DNA of 64,000 nucleotides from an uncultured Clostridium sp. (GCA_963651555.1 CAVJQD010000001.1:965-64964); one strand, 5' to 3'. Positions 35,539 through 45,218 are shown, numbered from the stretch's first letter. Numbers and translations are program-made. Notes: generated by a model from the sequence alone, not told the origin.

Positions 35539-37308
35539 ATGAAACGCTTATCTATCTCTCTTATCCTTCTTGCTTGCACCGTTTTTACTTTTGCGGAGAA
35601 GGTTGTTTACCAAGATGTCAATTACACGATCGATGTTGACCACTTCACCGCTGAAGTGACCGACAACCATCTTGCCTCGGGCGAACTCCTTATTCCCGAG
35701 ACTATAACCATTGAGCAAGCCACCTACACCGTGACAACAATCTGCGAGAAAGCCTTTAAGGGTTGCAAAGGACTCACCGGTATTGTTCTACCGCACACAC
35801 TTAAGCAGATCTACCGAAATGCGTTTGAGGGGACAGGTATCTACATCAATAAAGACAACTGGCAAGATGGGTTGCTTATCATAGACAGTTGCCTTATTGC
35901 TGCCGACAAGACCGTCAAAGCACGCTTCGTCATTCCCGAGAATGTGCGTCTTATTGCGGCAGGGGCTTTTCAGGGCAACAAGACCCTAACGGCAGTGGAA
36001 ATAACGCCTCAAATAACTGCTATTGACCACGAGACATTCCGTGACTGCAAGAATCTTACACGCGTTATTATCCCTAACACAGTCACTTCGATAGGCGAAG
36101 ATGCGTTCACCAATACAGGTATCTGGAACAATGAGAAGAAGTGGAAAAAAGGTGCGTTATACATTAACGAGTGCCTTATAGCCGTAAACGAGACGGCCCC
36201 TGCGAAGTTCGTTTTCAAGGCGAAGTTCCCAGTGCGCCTTATCGCAGCCGGTGCGTTTGCGGAAAACAAGCGCGTGACACAAGTGGTTATTCCCTCTACT
36301 ATCACCACTATCCCTGCAGCGGCCTTCTATAACTGCGAGAACCTTGTTTCGGTTACTATTCCTTCAAGCGTCAAGAGTGTTGGTAACTTCGCCTTTTATG
36401 GGTGTAAGTTACTCAAGACGGCGAAACTCCCAACGAACTTGCAATCTCTTGGCATGGGTGCTTTCTACGGGTGCGGTAATCTGCAGGAACAGGTACTATC
36501 GAACAACCTAACCGTCATACCGCAGGCTGCATTCTATCTCTGTCACGCATTCAAGCATATTACTTTCCCTGACCATCTTGAGAAGATCGACAATGGAGCG
36601 TTCACCGGATGCGGTAACTTGGAGGAACTGAAGTTCCCCGCTACTCTTAAGTATATAGGTGATTTAGCCTTCGCAGGCTGTGATAAGTTGCTTGAAGTAG
36701 TGATACCCGAGAAAGTGGTGAGCCTCAACAAAGGTACTTTTCAGGCATGCACGCATTTAGAGAAAGTGACGCTACCCGAAGGGACGTACGCCATAGGCGA
36801 TGAGGCATTCATGAACTGCATCTCGCTTGAGCGTATCAATGTGCCTAAGTCGACTTTCCGTATCGGTAAGCGTGCGTTTTTCAACTGTCAGTCGATGCGT
36901 GGCATACTCCTAATGGACCGTATCCATGTTATAGAGGAGGGCGCTTTTCAGCAATGCAAACTTCTTGAGGACATCGTTTTACCGGAGCAGTTACGCGTAT
37001 TGAGCAAGGGAGTGTTCTCGCAGTGCACTGGTCTAAGAGAGATCAAGTTCAATAAGAAACTTCATACGATAGAGGATGGGGCGTTCTTTGAATGCCGTCA
37101 TTTGCGCGAACTACAGTTCAGCGATAGTCTGCAGACGATAGGTGCAGAGGCGTTCATGAATTGTAATAATCTGCGTAAGATATCCTTCCCAGCCAAGTTG
37201 AAGAAGATAGGCGCATCGGCTTTCAAAGACTGCGAAAGCCTTCCTGCACCTATGCTTCCTTCTGAGATCGAAGTAGGAAAGAACGCCTTCAAAGGCTGCA
37301 AAGAGTAA
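35539..37308 (+). CDS. BspA-type leucine-rich repeat surface protein
   Basis: Signal peptide, then more than 15 repeats of the I-P-x-V-x-I-G-x-x-A-F-x-x-C pattern. Confidence 0.85.
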   Translation: MKRLSISLILLACTVFTFAEKVVYQDVNYTIDVDHFTAEVTDNHLASGELLIPETITIEQATYTVTTICEKAFKGCKGLTGIVLPHTLKQIYRNAFEGTGIYINKDNWQDGLLIIDSCLIAADKTVKARFVIPENVRLIAAGAFQGNKTLTAVEITPQITAIDHETFRDCKNLTRVIIPNTVTSIGEDAFTNTGIWNNEKKWKKGALYINECLIAVNETAPAKFVFKAKFPVRLIAAGAFAENKRVTQVVIPSTITTIPAAAFYNCENLVSVTIPSSVKSVGNFAFYGCKLLKTAKLPTNLQSLGMGAFYGCGNLQEQVLSNNLTVIPQAAFYLCHAFKHITFPDHLEKIDNGAFTGCGNLEELKFPATLKYIGDLAFAGCDKLLEVVIPEKVVSLNKGTFQACTHLEKVTLPEGTYAIGDEAFMNCISLERINVPKSTFRIGKRAFFNCQSMRGILLMDRIHVIEEGAFQQCKLLEDIVLPEQLRVLSKGVFSQCTGLREIKFNKKLHTIEDGAFFECRHLRELQFSDSLQTIGAEAFMNCNNLRKISFPAKLKKIGASAFKDCESLPAPMLPSEIEVGKNAFKGCKE

Positions 37309-37329
37309 CTTTTCATTGTCGGTACTGCT

Positions 37330-38157
37330 ATGTTGCTTTGTCCTAATGCCAAGGTCAATCTTGGGTTAAACATTGTGTCCCGTCGCGCAGACGGTTATCA
37401 CAATCTTGAGACGATCTTCTATCCTATTCCATTGTGCGACGCGTTGGAGGTCGAAAAAGACTCGACGGTGGAGGGTATTGCCTTCACCGCCGATGGCGAC
37501 TTTCGTCTCGACTGCGAGGATGCCGACAACCTTGTGTGTCGAGTCTATCGGCAGATGGCATCGAAGTACCCACTGAGTGGCGTGCGGGTTCGGTTGACGA
37601 AGCATATACCCTTCGGTGCAGGTCTTGGGGGAGGCAGTAGCGATGCCGCTTATATAGCCGTGGCACTCGATCGGTTGTTCGACCTACATCTGAGCACGGA
37701 GCAACTGCAACAAGAGGTACGAACGATGGGGGCTGACTGTGCGTTTTTCGTAGCGAATAGTCCCGCTTTTGCAACGGGTATCGGCGATGTGTTACACCCT
37801 ATCCCACTCTTGCTCAGTGGGTATGAGTTCGTCTTAGTCAAGCCAAACGATATTGCGGTGAACACGCGTACAGCGTATCAAGGGATAGTGCCGAAAGCGC
37901 CAGCCGTGTCGCTGCAAGAGGCTATCATGCAGCCTATCGAGCAGTGGCGAGATACCGTGGTGAACGATTTTGAGAGTTCAGTCTTTGCTGCCTATCCGAC
38001 TATAGGCGAGGTCAAAGAGACATTGTATGCCTTAGGAGCCCTCTACGCATCCATGTCGGGCAGCGGTGCAAGCGTGTTCGGACTGTTCAAGAATGGCACT
38101 CTACCTACCGACCTTCCTTTCAGCAATTGCTTTGTTTTCCGCACCGTTTTAGCGTAG
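37330..38157 (+). CDS. ispE: 4-diphosphocytidyl-2-C-methyl-D-erythritol kinase
   Basis: AKVNLGLNIV and the GHMP motif PFGAGLGGGSSDAA. Confidence 0.9.
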   Translation: MLLCPNAKVNLGLNIVSRRADGYHNLETIFYPIPLCDALEVEKDSTVEGIAFTADGDFRLDCEDADNLVCRVYRQMASKYPLSGVRVRLTKHIPFGAGLGGGSSDAAYIAVALDRLFDLHLSTEQLQQEVRTMGADCAFFVANSPAFATGIGDVLHPIPLLLSGYEFVLVKPNDIAVNTRTAYQGIVPKAPAVSLQEAIMQPIEQWRDTVVNDFESSVFAAYPTIGEVKETLYALGALYASMSGSGASVFGLFKNGTLPTDLPFSNCFVFRTVLA

Positions 38158-38203
38158 GATTTCTTAATAATCTTTTAAGGATTTTCTATTGAGATCCTTC
38201 GGA

Positions 38204-38236
38204 GGTGATTCGAAGGTGGTTCGAAGGTGGTTCGAA
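38204..38236 (+). repeat. 11-mer tandem repeat, 3 units
   Basis: GGTGATTCGAA GGTGGTTCGAA GGTGGTTCGAA, in a convergent intergenic region. Confidence 0.85.
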
Positions 38237-38437
38237 AATGCTCTTAACCTATTCTTAAATTAATTTTAAATAGTCAGTTAGTTCTAACCCGATTCCAACC
38301 CGACTCCTACCTGACACTTACCCAGAACTACCTGAGATGTTCAAGAGATGTATAGAAACCATCATTGAGAAGAGAGTGAGTGTGACGCTAACTATAATGA
38401 TGGGAAATGGGTGCAATTGAGAATAAGAATAACAAGT

Positions 38438-39607
38438 CTATAGCACAATCCGGAAAACCGTTCCTTCACCTTGGACGGACTGTTTGACAAAGATCTTCCC
38501 ACGGTGATACTGTTCGATGATACGCTTTGCCAACGACAGTCCTAAGCCCCAACCACGTTTCTTCGTTGTATAGCCTGGTTTGAACACATCCTGTATGCGT
38601 TTGCGTTCGATGCCTTTGCCCGTGTCCGTCACATCCATTATCAGCTTTCCTCCTGTGGCTTGCACAGAGATAGTGATAGTGCCTTTGTTCTCCATGGCAT
38701 CGACAGCGTTCTTGCAGAGGTTCTCTACCACCCACTCCATCAAGGTCTCGTTCATCTCGACCTGCACATCGGGCAAGGGTTCACCTGCCTGCAACACTTT
38801 CCCTTCGCATTGCACCACATAGTGCACCTGTTCGGAAGTGCGGGTTCGCATATAATCGACCGTACGCATCAGCACCTCCATGAGATTGCCCGACTTGAGT
38901 ACAGGGGCAGAACCTATCTTCGAGAAGCGATCGGCAATAGCCTGCAAACGATGGATGTCCTTATCCATCTCCAAGACAAGCGCATCCTCTGGGTGATTGA
39001 TCTTGAACAACTCACTACACGCATTAAGCGACGAGATAGGCGTTCCCAATTGGTGCGCAGTCTCCTTACTCAATCCTGCCCATACCATGTTCTGTTCGCT
39101 GCGCTGCGACATGAGCAGGGTGTAGATAACGATGATTACGAAAATGAATATCACCGCAAACTGAATATACGGGAAATAGTACAACTGCGTGAGCAGTTTC
39201 GAGTCCTCGTAGTAGATATACTGCACATCGTTGTCCGTAATGCGTACCTCGATAGGCGTCTTGTTCTCGCGCAAGTAACGAATCTTGTCCGCATAGAACT
39301 GCTCCACATTATGCTTGGGCTCGTCCACATTACGCGAAGAGAGCAGATGTCCCTCGGCATCCACCATATAGACAGGAATGGTGGTGTTTTGTTCGATGAT
39401 GTCAGTGAAGAAATCGATATTCGTATTCTCGTCCGCTAAGATAAGTTGCCGAGTAGCCTCCGCCCATGTCTCCACACGGTTGTGCTCCTCTTGCGCCAAC
39501 GAATGGGCAATATGATTGGTAAAAAGCATCGAGACCACCACAATGAAGGTAGCCACCAACAAAAACACTATCTGCCAAGGCTTTGAGAGATTCATCTGCA
39601 TATTCAT
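38438..39607 (-). CDS. Sensor histidine kinase with no adjacent response regulator
   Basis: Two TMs flank a periplasmic domain. H-box ETAHQLGTPISSL, N box NLCKNAVDAM, G boxes DTGKGI and GWGLGLS. I take the ATG at 39607 because the track start overlaps the promoter box. Confidence 0.85.
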   Translation of the reverse strand: MNMQMNLSKPWQIVFLLVATFIVVVSMLFTNHIAHSLAQEEHNRVETWAEATRQLILADENTNIDFFTDIIEQNTTIPVYMVDAEGHLLSSRNVDEPKHNVEQFYADKIRYLRENKTPIEVRITDNDVQYIYYEDSKLLTQLYYFPYIQFAVIFIFVIIVIYTLLMSQRSEQNMVWAGLSKETAHQLGTPISSLNACSELFKINHPEDALVLEMDKDIHRLQAIADRFSKIGSAPVLKSGNLMEVLMRTVDYMRTRTSEQVHYVVQCEGKVLQAGEPLPDVQVEMNETLMEWVVENLCKNAVDAMENKGTITISVQATGGKLIMDVTDTGKGIERKRIQDVFKPGYTTKKRGWGLGLSLAKRIIEQYHRGKIFVKQSVQGEGTVFRIVL

Positions 39608-39628
39608 ACACTTTTTGCTTTGCACCGA

Positions 39629-39636
39629 CAAAGGTA
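39629..39636 (-). promoter_or_regulatory. -7 promoter box TACCTTTG
   Basis: Minus-strand TAnnTTTG match 21 nt upstream of the ATG at 39607. Confidence 0.55.
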
Positions 39637-40113
39637 CGAGAAATTATCTGTACAACAAACGAAACCGACGACCTTCTTACGACTTCCTTACTACTTCCTT
39701 ACTATTTCCAACCATAAAACGCATAAAAAACGCATCATCAAGATACCTACTTTGGCACTATTCCGAAATATAAAAGCCGCTTCCTCATATCTTAACAGAA
39801 TATAGTACAAAACAGTGTCGAGACGATGAGCAAGTTTTATCGAAGGGATATCGAAGGGATAACGAAGAGATAGACTCATTTTGAGGACACCCGAAAATGC
39901 CCTCAAGACTCCAAAAATGCACTTGTTTTACACTATTCTATTAACAATTTGCAAGAAAAACATTAACGCCCATCTTTTCATGCCATCGTCTCTACCTATT
40001 CGTTTCGTTCCTTTTTCGAGTTCCCAGCACAAGAGAATCACAGCCAAAACGACAATTTGAAGAGGTTCAAAGAAATTTTTCCGTATTTGTTTTGCCACTT
40101 CAGAAAATAGCCG

Positions 40114-40121
40114 TAACTTTG
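40114..40121 (+). promoter_or_regulatory. -7 promoter box TAACTTTG
   Basis: TAnnTTTG match about 110 nt upstream of mce. Confidence 0.45.
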
Positions 40122-40231
40122 TGCCAAATTGGGTTTACGGATTTAGACTGCAAATTTAGGCAATGGAAAGCCGCCTAAAGACGACCCTTTTGAATATAAA
40201 TAACTAACCCTTATTAAAAACCTAATCAACA

Positions 40232-40645
40232 ATGAAACCAACTCATATTGAGCACCTTGGTATCGCTGTAACAAGTTTAGAAGAGGCAATGCCTTTCTTC
40301 GAGTTTCTCACTGGTGAAAAATGCTACTCTATTGAGGAAGTAGCCGATCAAAAAGTACGTACCGCCTTCTTCAAGGTAGGTCAAACAAAGATTGAACTGT
40401 TGGAAGCAACAAGTCCCGATTCTTCTATCGCAAAGTTTATTGAGAAGAACAACGGACGTGGTGGTGTACACCATGTAGCCTTCAACGTGGAGAGCGTAGA
40501 AGAGGCCCTCAAAGAAGCAGAGGCTGCAGGTATCCAACTCATCGACAAAGCACCTCGCAAAGGCGCTGAAAATCTCATGATTGCATTCCTTCACCCAAAG
40601 AGCACGAAAGGCGTACTCACCGAACTCTGCCAACAACCGAAATAA
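40232..40645 (+). CDS. mce: Methylmalonyl-CoA epimerase (VOC family)
   Basis: HLGIAV, KIELLE and GGVHHVAF motifs, and the position ahead of the mmd genes. Confidence 0.85.
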   Translation: MKPTHIEHLGIAVTSLEEAMPFFEFLTGEKCYSIEEVADQKVRTAFFKVGQTKIELLEATSPDSSIAKFIEKNNGRGGVHHVAFNVESVEEALKEAEAAGIQLIDKAPRKGAENLMIAFLHPKSTKGVLTELCQQPK

Positions 40646-40651
40646 TTGGTG

Positions 40652-40721
40652 CTACGCACGTTAGTGGTTGCACGTTGGTGGTTGCACGTTGGTGGTTGCA
40701 CGTTGGTGGTTGCACGTTGAT
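40652..40721 (+). repeat. 14-mer tandem array, 5 units (GGTTGCACGTTGGT)
   Basis: Three perfect units at 40666-40707 with degenerate units on each side. Confidence 0.85.
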
Positions 40722-40729
40722 AATAGATT

Positions 40730-41116
40730 ATGACTATATACAACTTTGAAGACTTGGTTATCTGGCAAATGTCGAGAAAACTCATTAAGGACATCTATTC
40801 CACTATGAGTTCTACTCACGATTGGGGTTTTCGAGACCAAATACAACGAGCTGCAGTTTCGATAATGAACAATATTGCAGAGGGGTTTCAAAAACACCGT
40901 TTCACCAAAGACAACAAGACTTTCATTAGTTACCTATCAATCTCGTATGGCTCGTGCGGCGAGGTAAAGAGTATGCTTTATTTAGCAGAGGACTTAGGTT
41001 ATCTAACAGCTAACGACGCTCTACGTTTTCGACAAGACTGCGTAAATATCGAGTTTAAGATAGAGAACCTTATCAAGTCACTCAAACCACAACAGCCTAC
41101 GAACGTAAAATCATAA
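40730..41116 (+). CDS. Four-helix-bundle protein (23S rRNA intervening-sequence protein family)
   Basis: FEDLVIWQMSRKL, QIQRAAVSIMNNIAEGF and SYGSCGEVKSMLYLA match the TIGR02436/PF05635 pattern. Confidence 0.85.
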   Translation: MTIYNFEDLVIWQMSRKLIKDIYSTMSSTHDWGFRDQIQRAAVSIMNNIAEGFQKHRFTKDNKTFISYLSISYGSCGEVKSMLYLAEDLGYLTANDALRFRQDCVNIEFKIENLIKSLKPQQPTNVKS

Positions 41117-41219
41117 ACATGAAATCATGAACATGAAATCATAAACATGAACTAACGAACGTGAAACCATAAACATGAAATCATAAACATGAAATCATGA
41201 ACATGAAATCATAAACCAA
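41108..41219 (+). repeat. 14-mer tandem array, 8 units (AAATCATRAACATG)
   Basis: Units read in register from 41108. The ORF stop (41114-41116) lies inside unit 1. The array ends in a poly-A just before the mmdA ATG. Confidence 0.85.
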
Positions 41220-41227
41220 AAAAAAAG

Positions 41228-42784
41228 ATGGACAACAATAAATTGCAAAAGCTGATAGATAACCGCGCTAAAGCACAAGCAGGCGGCGGCGAAGCAGCAG
41301 TAGAAAAACATCACGCTAAAGGCAGTTACACTGCTCGTGAGCGTATTAATATGCTCCTCGATGAAGGTTCGTTCGAGGAAGTAAACATGTTCCTCACCCA
41401 CCGTTGCCACGACTTCGGTATGGAGAAGAAAGTATTCCTCGGTGACGGTGTTGCCGTAGGTTCAGGTACTATCGATGGCCGACTCGTATTCGTCTTCGCA
41501 CAAGATGCTACCGTCATTGGTGGTTCACTGAGCGAGACTATGGCGCAGAAGATATGCAACGTCATGGACCAAGCCATGAAACTGGGTGCACCTATCATTG
41601 GTCTCAACGACTCAGGTGGAGCACGTATCCAGGAAGGTGCATGCGCACTGGCAGGTTATGCAGAGATATTCGAGCGTAACATCCTTGCCAGCGGTGTCGT
41701 GCCACAGATCAGCGTCATCTTTGGTCCTTGCGCAGGCGGTGCTGTATATAGCCCTGCACTAACCGACTTCATCATGATGACCGAGCAGAACTCCTACATG
41801 TTCATCACCGGACCAAAGGTAGTGAAATCAGTAACCGGTGAGGACGTGAGCGTAGAAGACCTTGGCGGCGCTAAGGTACACGCTACCAAGTCAGGTGTTA
41901 CCCACTTCGTAGCAGCCACCGAAGAGGAGGCTCTGCAGGAGGTTCGCCGACTCATCAGTTTCATTCCACAGAACAATATGGAAGAGGCTCCTCTCGTACA
42001 GTGCACCGACGATCCAATGCGTGTAGAAGAGGCACTGAACGAAATCGTTCCGGACGATCCTAACAAGCCATACAACATGAAGGACATCATCAACCTTATC
42101 GTGGATAATGGCGACTTCATGGAGGTGCAGAAAGACTATGCAAAGAACATCATCTGCGGATTCGCTCGTTTCAACGGCCGTTCGACCGGTATCATCGCTA
42201 ACCAACCAAGTTGGCTGGCAGGTGTTCTCGACTGCGATGCAAGCCGTAAGGCAGCCCGTTTCGTACGCTTCTGCGATGCTTTCAACATCCAGATACTGAC
42301 CCTCGTTGATGTTCCCGGTTTCCTCTGCGGTACAGGACAAGAGTACGCCGGTATCATCGACCACGGAGCAAAACTGATGTTCGCTTACGGCGAGGCTACT
42401 GTGCCTAAGGTAACCGTAACAATCCGTAAGTCGTATGGTGGCAGCCATATCGTGATGAGTTGCAAGCAACTACGCGGTGACGCATGCTACGCATGGCCCA
42501 ATGCAGAGATAGCCGTAATGGGTGCAAGCGGTGCTGTAGGCGTTCTACAAGCCAAAGCACTCAAAGCCATTGAAGACCCAGAGGAGAAGAAGAAGTTCAT
42601 TGCCGAGAAAGAGGCAGAGTACAAAGACCTCTTCGCAAGTCCTTATCAGGCTGCTAACCGCGGATATATCGACGATATCATCGAGCCGCGTAACACTCGT
42701 AAACGTATCATCCATGCTTTTGAGAACCTGCAGACCAAGCGCCTGACCAACCCTCTCAAGAAGCACTCTAATATTCCATTGTAA
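41228..42784 (+). CDS. mmdA: Methylmalonyl-CoA decarboxylase alpha subunit (carboxyltransferase)
   Basis: Acyl-CoA carboxyltransferase fold. GGSLSE, NDSGGARIQEG and ITRKSYGG-like (TIRKSYGGSHIVM). Confidence 0.9.
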   Translation: MDNNKLQKLIDNRAKAQAGGGEAAVEKHHAKGSYTARERINMLLDEGSFEEVNMFLTHRCHDFGMEKKVFLGDGVAVGSGTIDGRLVFVFAQDATVIGGSLSETMAQKICNVMDQAMKLGAPIIGLNDSGGARIQEGACALAGYAEIFERNILASGVVPQISVIFGPCAGGAVYSPALTDFIMMTEQNSYMFITGPKVVKSVTGEDVSVEDLGGAKVHATKSGVTHFVAATEEEALQEVRRLISFIPQNNMEEAPLVQCTDDPMRVEEALNEIVPDDPNKPYNMKDIINLIVDNGDFMEVQKDYAKNIICGFARFNGRSTGIIANQPSWLAGVLDCDASRKAARFVRFCDAFNIQILTLVDVPGFLCGTGQEYAGIIDHGAKLMFAYGEATVPKVTVTIRKSYGGSHIVMSCKQLRGDACYAWPNAEIAVMGASGAVGVLQAKALKAIEDPEEKKKFIAEKEAEYKDLFASPYQAANRGYIDDIIEPRNTRKRIIHAFENLQTKRLTNPLKKHSNIPL

Positions 42785-42786
42785 TT

Positions 42787-43161
42787 ATGATACTATTAGC
42801 AGCAACAGAAGTAACGGGCGTCAACTCGTTTATCTGGATGGTGACAGGTGTCGGTTTCTTGTTAGTGATTATCCTACTATTCGTCTTCGTGTATATCATG
42901 AAGTTGATGGGTTGGATCATGCAACCACGCGTGAAAGCAAAGAAACAAGAGAACGACACGCATGCCGAGAGCGTTGCACACACACAGAAGGAAGAGAAAG
43001 AGCATATCACATTGACAGCCGACTGTACGGCTGCCATTGCCTTGGCTCTGCATCTCTACTACAATGGCGTGCACGACGAAGAAAATACCAAAACAAATGT
43101 TCAACCTCACCGTACACAATGGAACAATAAGTTGTACGGCATGAATAATCTGCATAGATAA
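42787..43161 (+). CDS. mmdD: OadG-family small membrane subunit (delta)
   Basis: Single N-terminal TM, a charged linker and AAIALALHLY. Position between the alpha and biotin-carrier genes. Confidence 0.7.
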   Translation: MILLAATEVTGVNSFIWMVTGVGFLLVIILLFVFVYIMKLMGWIMQPRVKAKKQENDTHAESVAHTQKEEKEHITLTADCTAAIALALHLYYNGVHDEENTKTNVQPHRTQWNNKLYGMNNLHR

Positions 43162-43164
43162 AAG

Positions 43165-43893
43165 ATGAAATCATTTCAGTTCACAATCGACGGTCGTAAG
43201 TATGAGACGACTGTCAATGAGATAGAAGATAGCGTAGCAGAGGTAACCGTGAACGGTACGACCTTCCATGTTACCATCGACCAGACCAAGAAGGCTACCT
43301 CTATTCGTCCTGCCGCTGGGCGTAGCGCTGCAGCAGCACCTCGTGCCGCACAACCAGCAGGCACTGTGTTAGTAAAGAGCCCACTGCCAGGCAGCATCGT
43401 AAAAGTAGTAGCCGCAGCCGGTCAAGCCGTTAAGAAAGGTGACTTGTTGCTCACTATGGAGTCCATGAAGATGGAGAACCAGATAACGAGTGAGTACGAT
43501 GGTACCATTAAGAATGTGCTTGTACAAGCCGGACAAAATGTGATGCAAGACGATAAACTCGTTGAGATAGAGACAGTAGCCGTGGCTGCTACTCCTGCAC
43601 CAGAACCAGCACCTGCAGCACCTAAGGCTGCACCTGCTGCACCTAAGGCAGAGGCTCCTAAAGCAGAAGCACCCGTTGGCGGTAAGAAGATCGTATCGCC
43701 ACTGCCAGGTAGCGTCATCAAAGTGCTCGTGAGCGAGGGTCAAGCCGTTAAGAGAGGCGACACACTGGTTACACTCGAATCGATGAAGATGGAGAATGCT
43801 ATCCAAGCCGACTGCGACGGTACCGTATCGAAAGTGTGCGTCGCTGCAGGACAGAATGTAATGCAGGACGACCTGCTTGTTGTACTCGGATAA
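43165..43893 (+). CDS. mmdC: Biotin carboxyl carrier subunit with two biotinyl domains
   Basis: Two ESMKMEN attachment motifs (Lys codons 43468-43470 and 43786-43788) separated by an Ala/Pro linker. Confidence 0.85.
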   Translation: MKSFQFTIDGRKYETTVNEIEDSVAEVTVNGTTFHVTIDQTKKATSIRPAAGRSAAAAPRAAQPAGTVLVKSPLPGSIVKVVAAAGQAVKKGDLLLTMESMKMENQITSEYDGTIKNVLVQAGQNVMQDDKLVEIETVAVAATPAPEPAPAAPKAAPAAPKAEAPKAEAPVGGKKIVSPLPGSVIKVLVSEGQAVKRGDTLVTLESMKMENAIQADCDGTVSKVCVAAGQNVMQDDLLVVLG

Positions 43894-43903
43894 TTGCAGG
43901 ACT

Positions 43904-45205
43904 ATGTGGTATGATGATATAATAAGTTTCTTCGGGACAATGGGATTTATGAACGCAGATTGGCGTCAGATAGTGATGCTGTTTGTGTCGTTCTTCCTGT
44001 TGTACTTGGCGATAAAGAAACAATACGAGCCACTATTGCTCTTGCCTATTGCCTTTGGTATGTTGCTTACCAACCTGCCAAATGCGCACATGTTCAACCA
44101 AGAGTTGTGGGATCTCTTCCTTGCAGAAGAACTATTCTATGACCCGAACACAGTCGACATCAACAGTATCTCGAGTATCCTCGAAGCCTATCGTAACGGA
44201 CTGTTAGTCGATGCCGCACATAGTGTGGATGGGATGACGGCTATTGTCAATCCATCGTATCATAGTTACGGTGCGGTGATGAAAGAGGCTGGTTTGCTTG
44301 ATGTACTCTATATCGGTGTGAAAGCAGGATTGTATCCTTGCCTTATCTTCATCGGTGTAGGTGCGATGACCGACTTCGGACCACTGATTGCCAATCCTAA
44401 GTCTCTGGTGTTGGGTGCCGCAGCACAGTTAGGTATCTTCATTACCTTCCTTTGTGCCAACGCATTAGGTTTTACTCCCGCAGAGGCAGGTTCTATCGGT
44501 ATCATCGGTGGTGCAGACGGACCTACATCCATCTTCTTGACTACCCGATTGGCACCGCAACTCTTAGGACCTATTGCTATTGCAGCATATTCCTATATGG
44601 CATTGGTACCGGTTATCCAGCCACCTATCATGCGACTGCTCACGACCGAGAAGGAACGCAAGATCAAGATGAAACAGCTGCGTTCGGTAAGCAAGACCGA
44701 GAAGATTGTCTTCCCAATCATTATCACAGCCATTGTGTCTCTCATCTTGCCGGATGCAGCACCGCTTATCGGATGCTTGATGTTGGGTAACTTGATGAAA
44801 GAGTGCGGCGTAGTAGACCGTCTGAGCAAGACTGCACAAAACGAGTTGATGAACATCGTTGTCATCTTCCTTGGTTTGTCGGTGGGTGCAACAGCCACTG
44901 GTGCTACCTTCCTCAATGTCAAGACATTGCTTATCCTTGCTATGGGTATCGTAGCATTTAGTATTGCCACAGCCGGTGGTGTACTCTTTGCTAAGTTAAT
45001 GAACCTCTTCTCGAAGGACAAGATCAACCCGCTTATTGGTTCAGCCGGCGTATCGGCAGTGCCTATGGCAGCCCGCGTGAGCCAGATAGAGGGGCAGAAA
45101 GCCGACCCAAGCAACTTCCTTCTCATGCACGCCATGGGACCAAATGTGGCAGGTGTTATCGGCTCTGCAGTAGCAGCTGGTATCCTCCTAAGTATGCTCG
45201 GTTAA
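43904..45205 (+). CDS. mmdB: Na+-translocating decarboxylase beta subunit
   Basis: OadB-like polytopic protein (YEPLLLLPIAFGMLLTNLP, GGADGPT, GSAGVSAVPMAAR). The ATG at 43904 fits the OadB N-terminus alignment. Confidence 0.9.
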   Translation: MWYDDIISFFGTMGFMNADWRQIVMLFVSFFLLYLAIKKQYEPLLLLPIAFGMLLTNLPNAHMFNQELWDLFLAEELFYDPNTVDINSISSILEAYRNGLLVDAAHSVDGMTAIVNPSYHSYGAVMKEAGLLDVLYIGVKAGLYPCLIFIGVGAMTDFGPLIANPKSLVLGAAAQLGIFITFLCANALGFTPAEAGSIGIIGGADGPTSIFLTTRLAPQLLGPIAIAAYSYMALVPVIQPPIMRLLTTEKERKIKMKQLRSVSKTEKIVFPIIITAIVSLILPDAAPLIGCLMLGNLMKECGVVDRLSKTAQNELMNIVVIFLGLSVGATATGATFLNVKTLLILAMGIVAFSIATAGGVLFAKLMNLFSKDKINPLIGSAGVSAVPMAARVSQIEGQKADPSNFLLMHAMGPNVAGVIGSAVAAGILLSMLG

Positions 45206-45218
45206 GACATAACCTTTC

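Noticed and set aside
38215-38236. GGTTCGAA motifs resembling a tRNA T-loop.
   Set aside because: This is a tandem 11-mer. No acceptor stem, anticodon arm or D-arm can be drawn around any copy.
38660-39439. 259-aa ORF on the plus strand, antisense to the histidine kinase gene.
   Set aside because: It lies entirely inside a well-supported minus-strand gene and has no recognisable motifs. Its composition (many R, H, L) is typical of antisense frames in genes with this codon bias.
39632-40113. Possible small RNA or missed gene in the 480-bp ORF-free region between the histidine kinase and mce promoters.
   Set aside because: There is no convincing hairpin-plus-U-tail terminator, no promoter box other than the two assigned, and no conserved RNA motif I recognise. 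It contains only two 11-mer arrays.
41150-41163. ACGAACGT core resembling the Mpi-type invertase recognition sequence of Bacteroides invertible promoters.
   Set aside because: It is a single copy inside one degenerate 14-mer unit, with no inverted partner flanking a promoter.
41108-41219. Possible CRISPR array; also considered for 40652-40721 and 54315-54446.
   Set aside because: The units are contiguous with no spacers and are only 14-33 nt long. No cas genes are present in the window.
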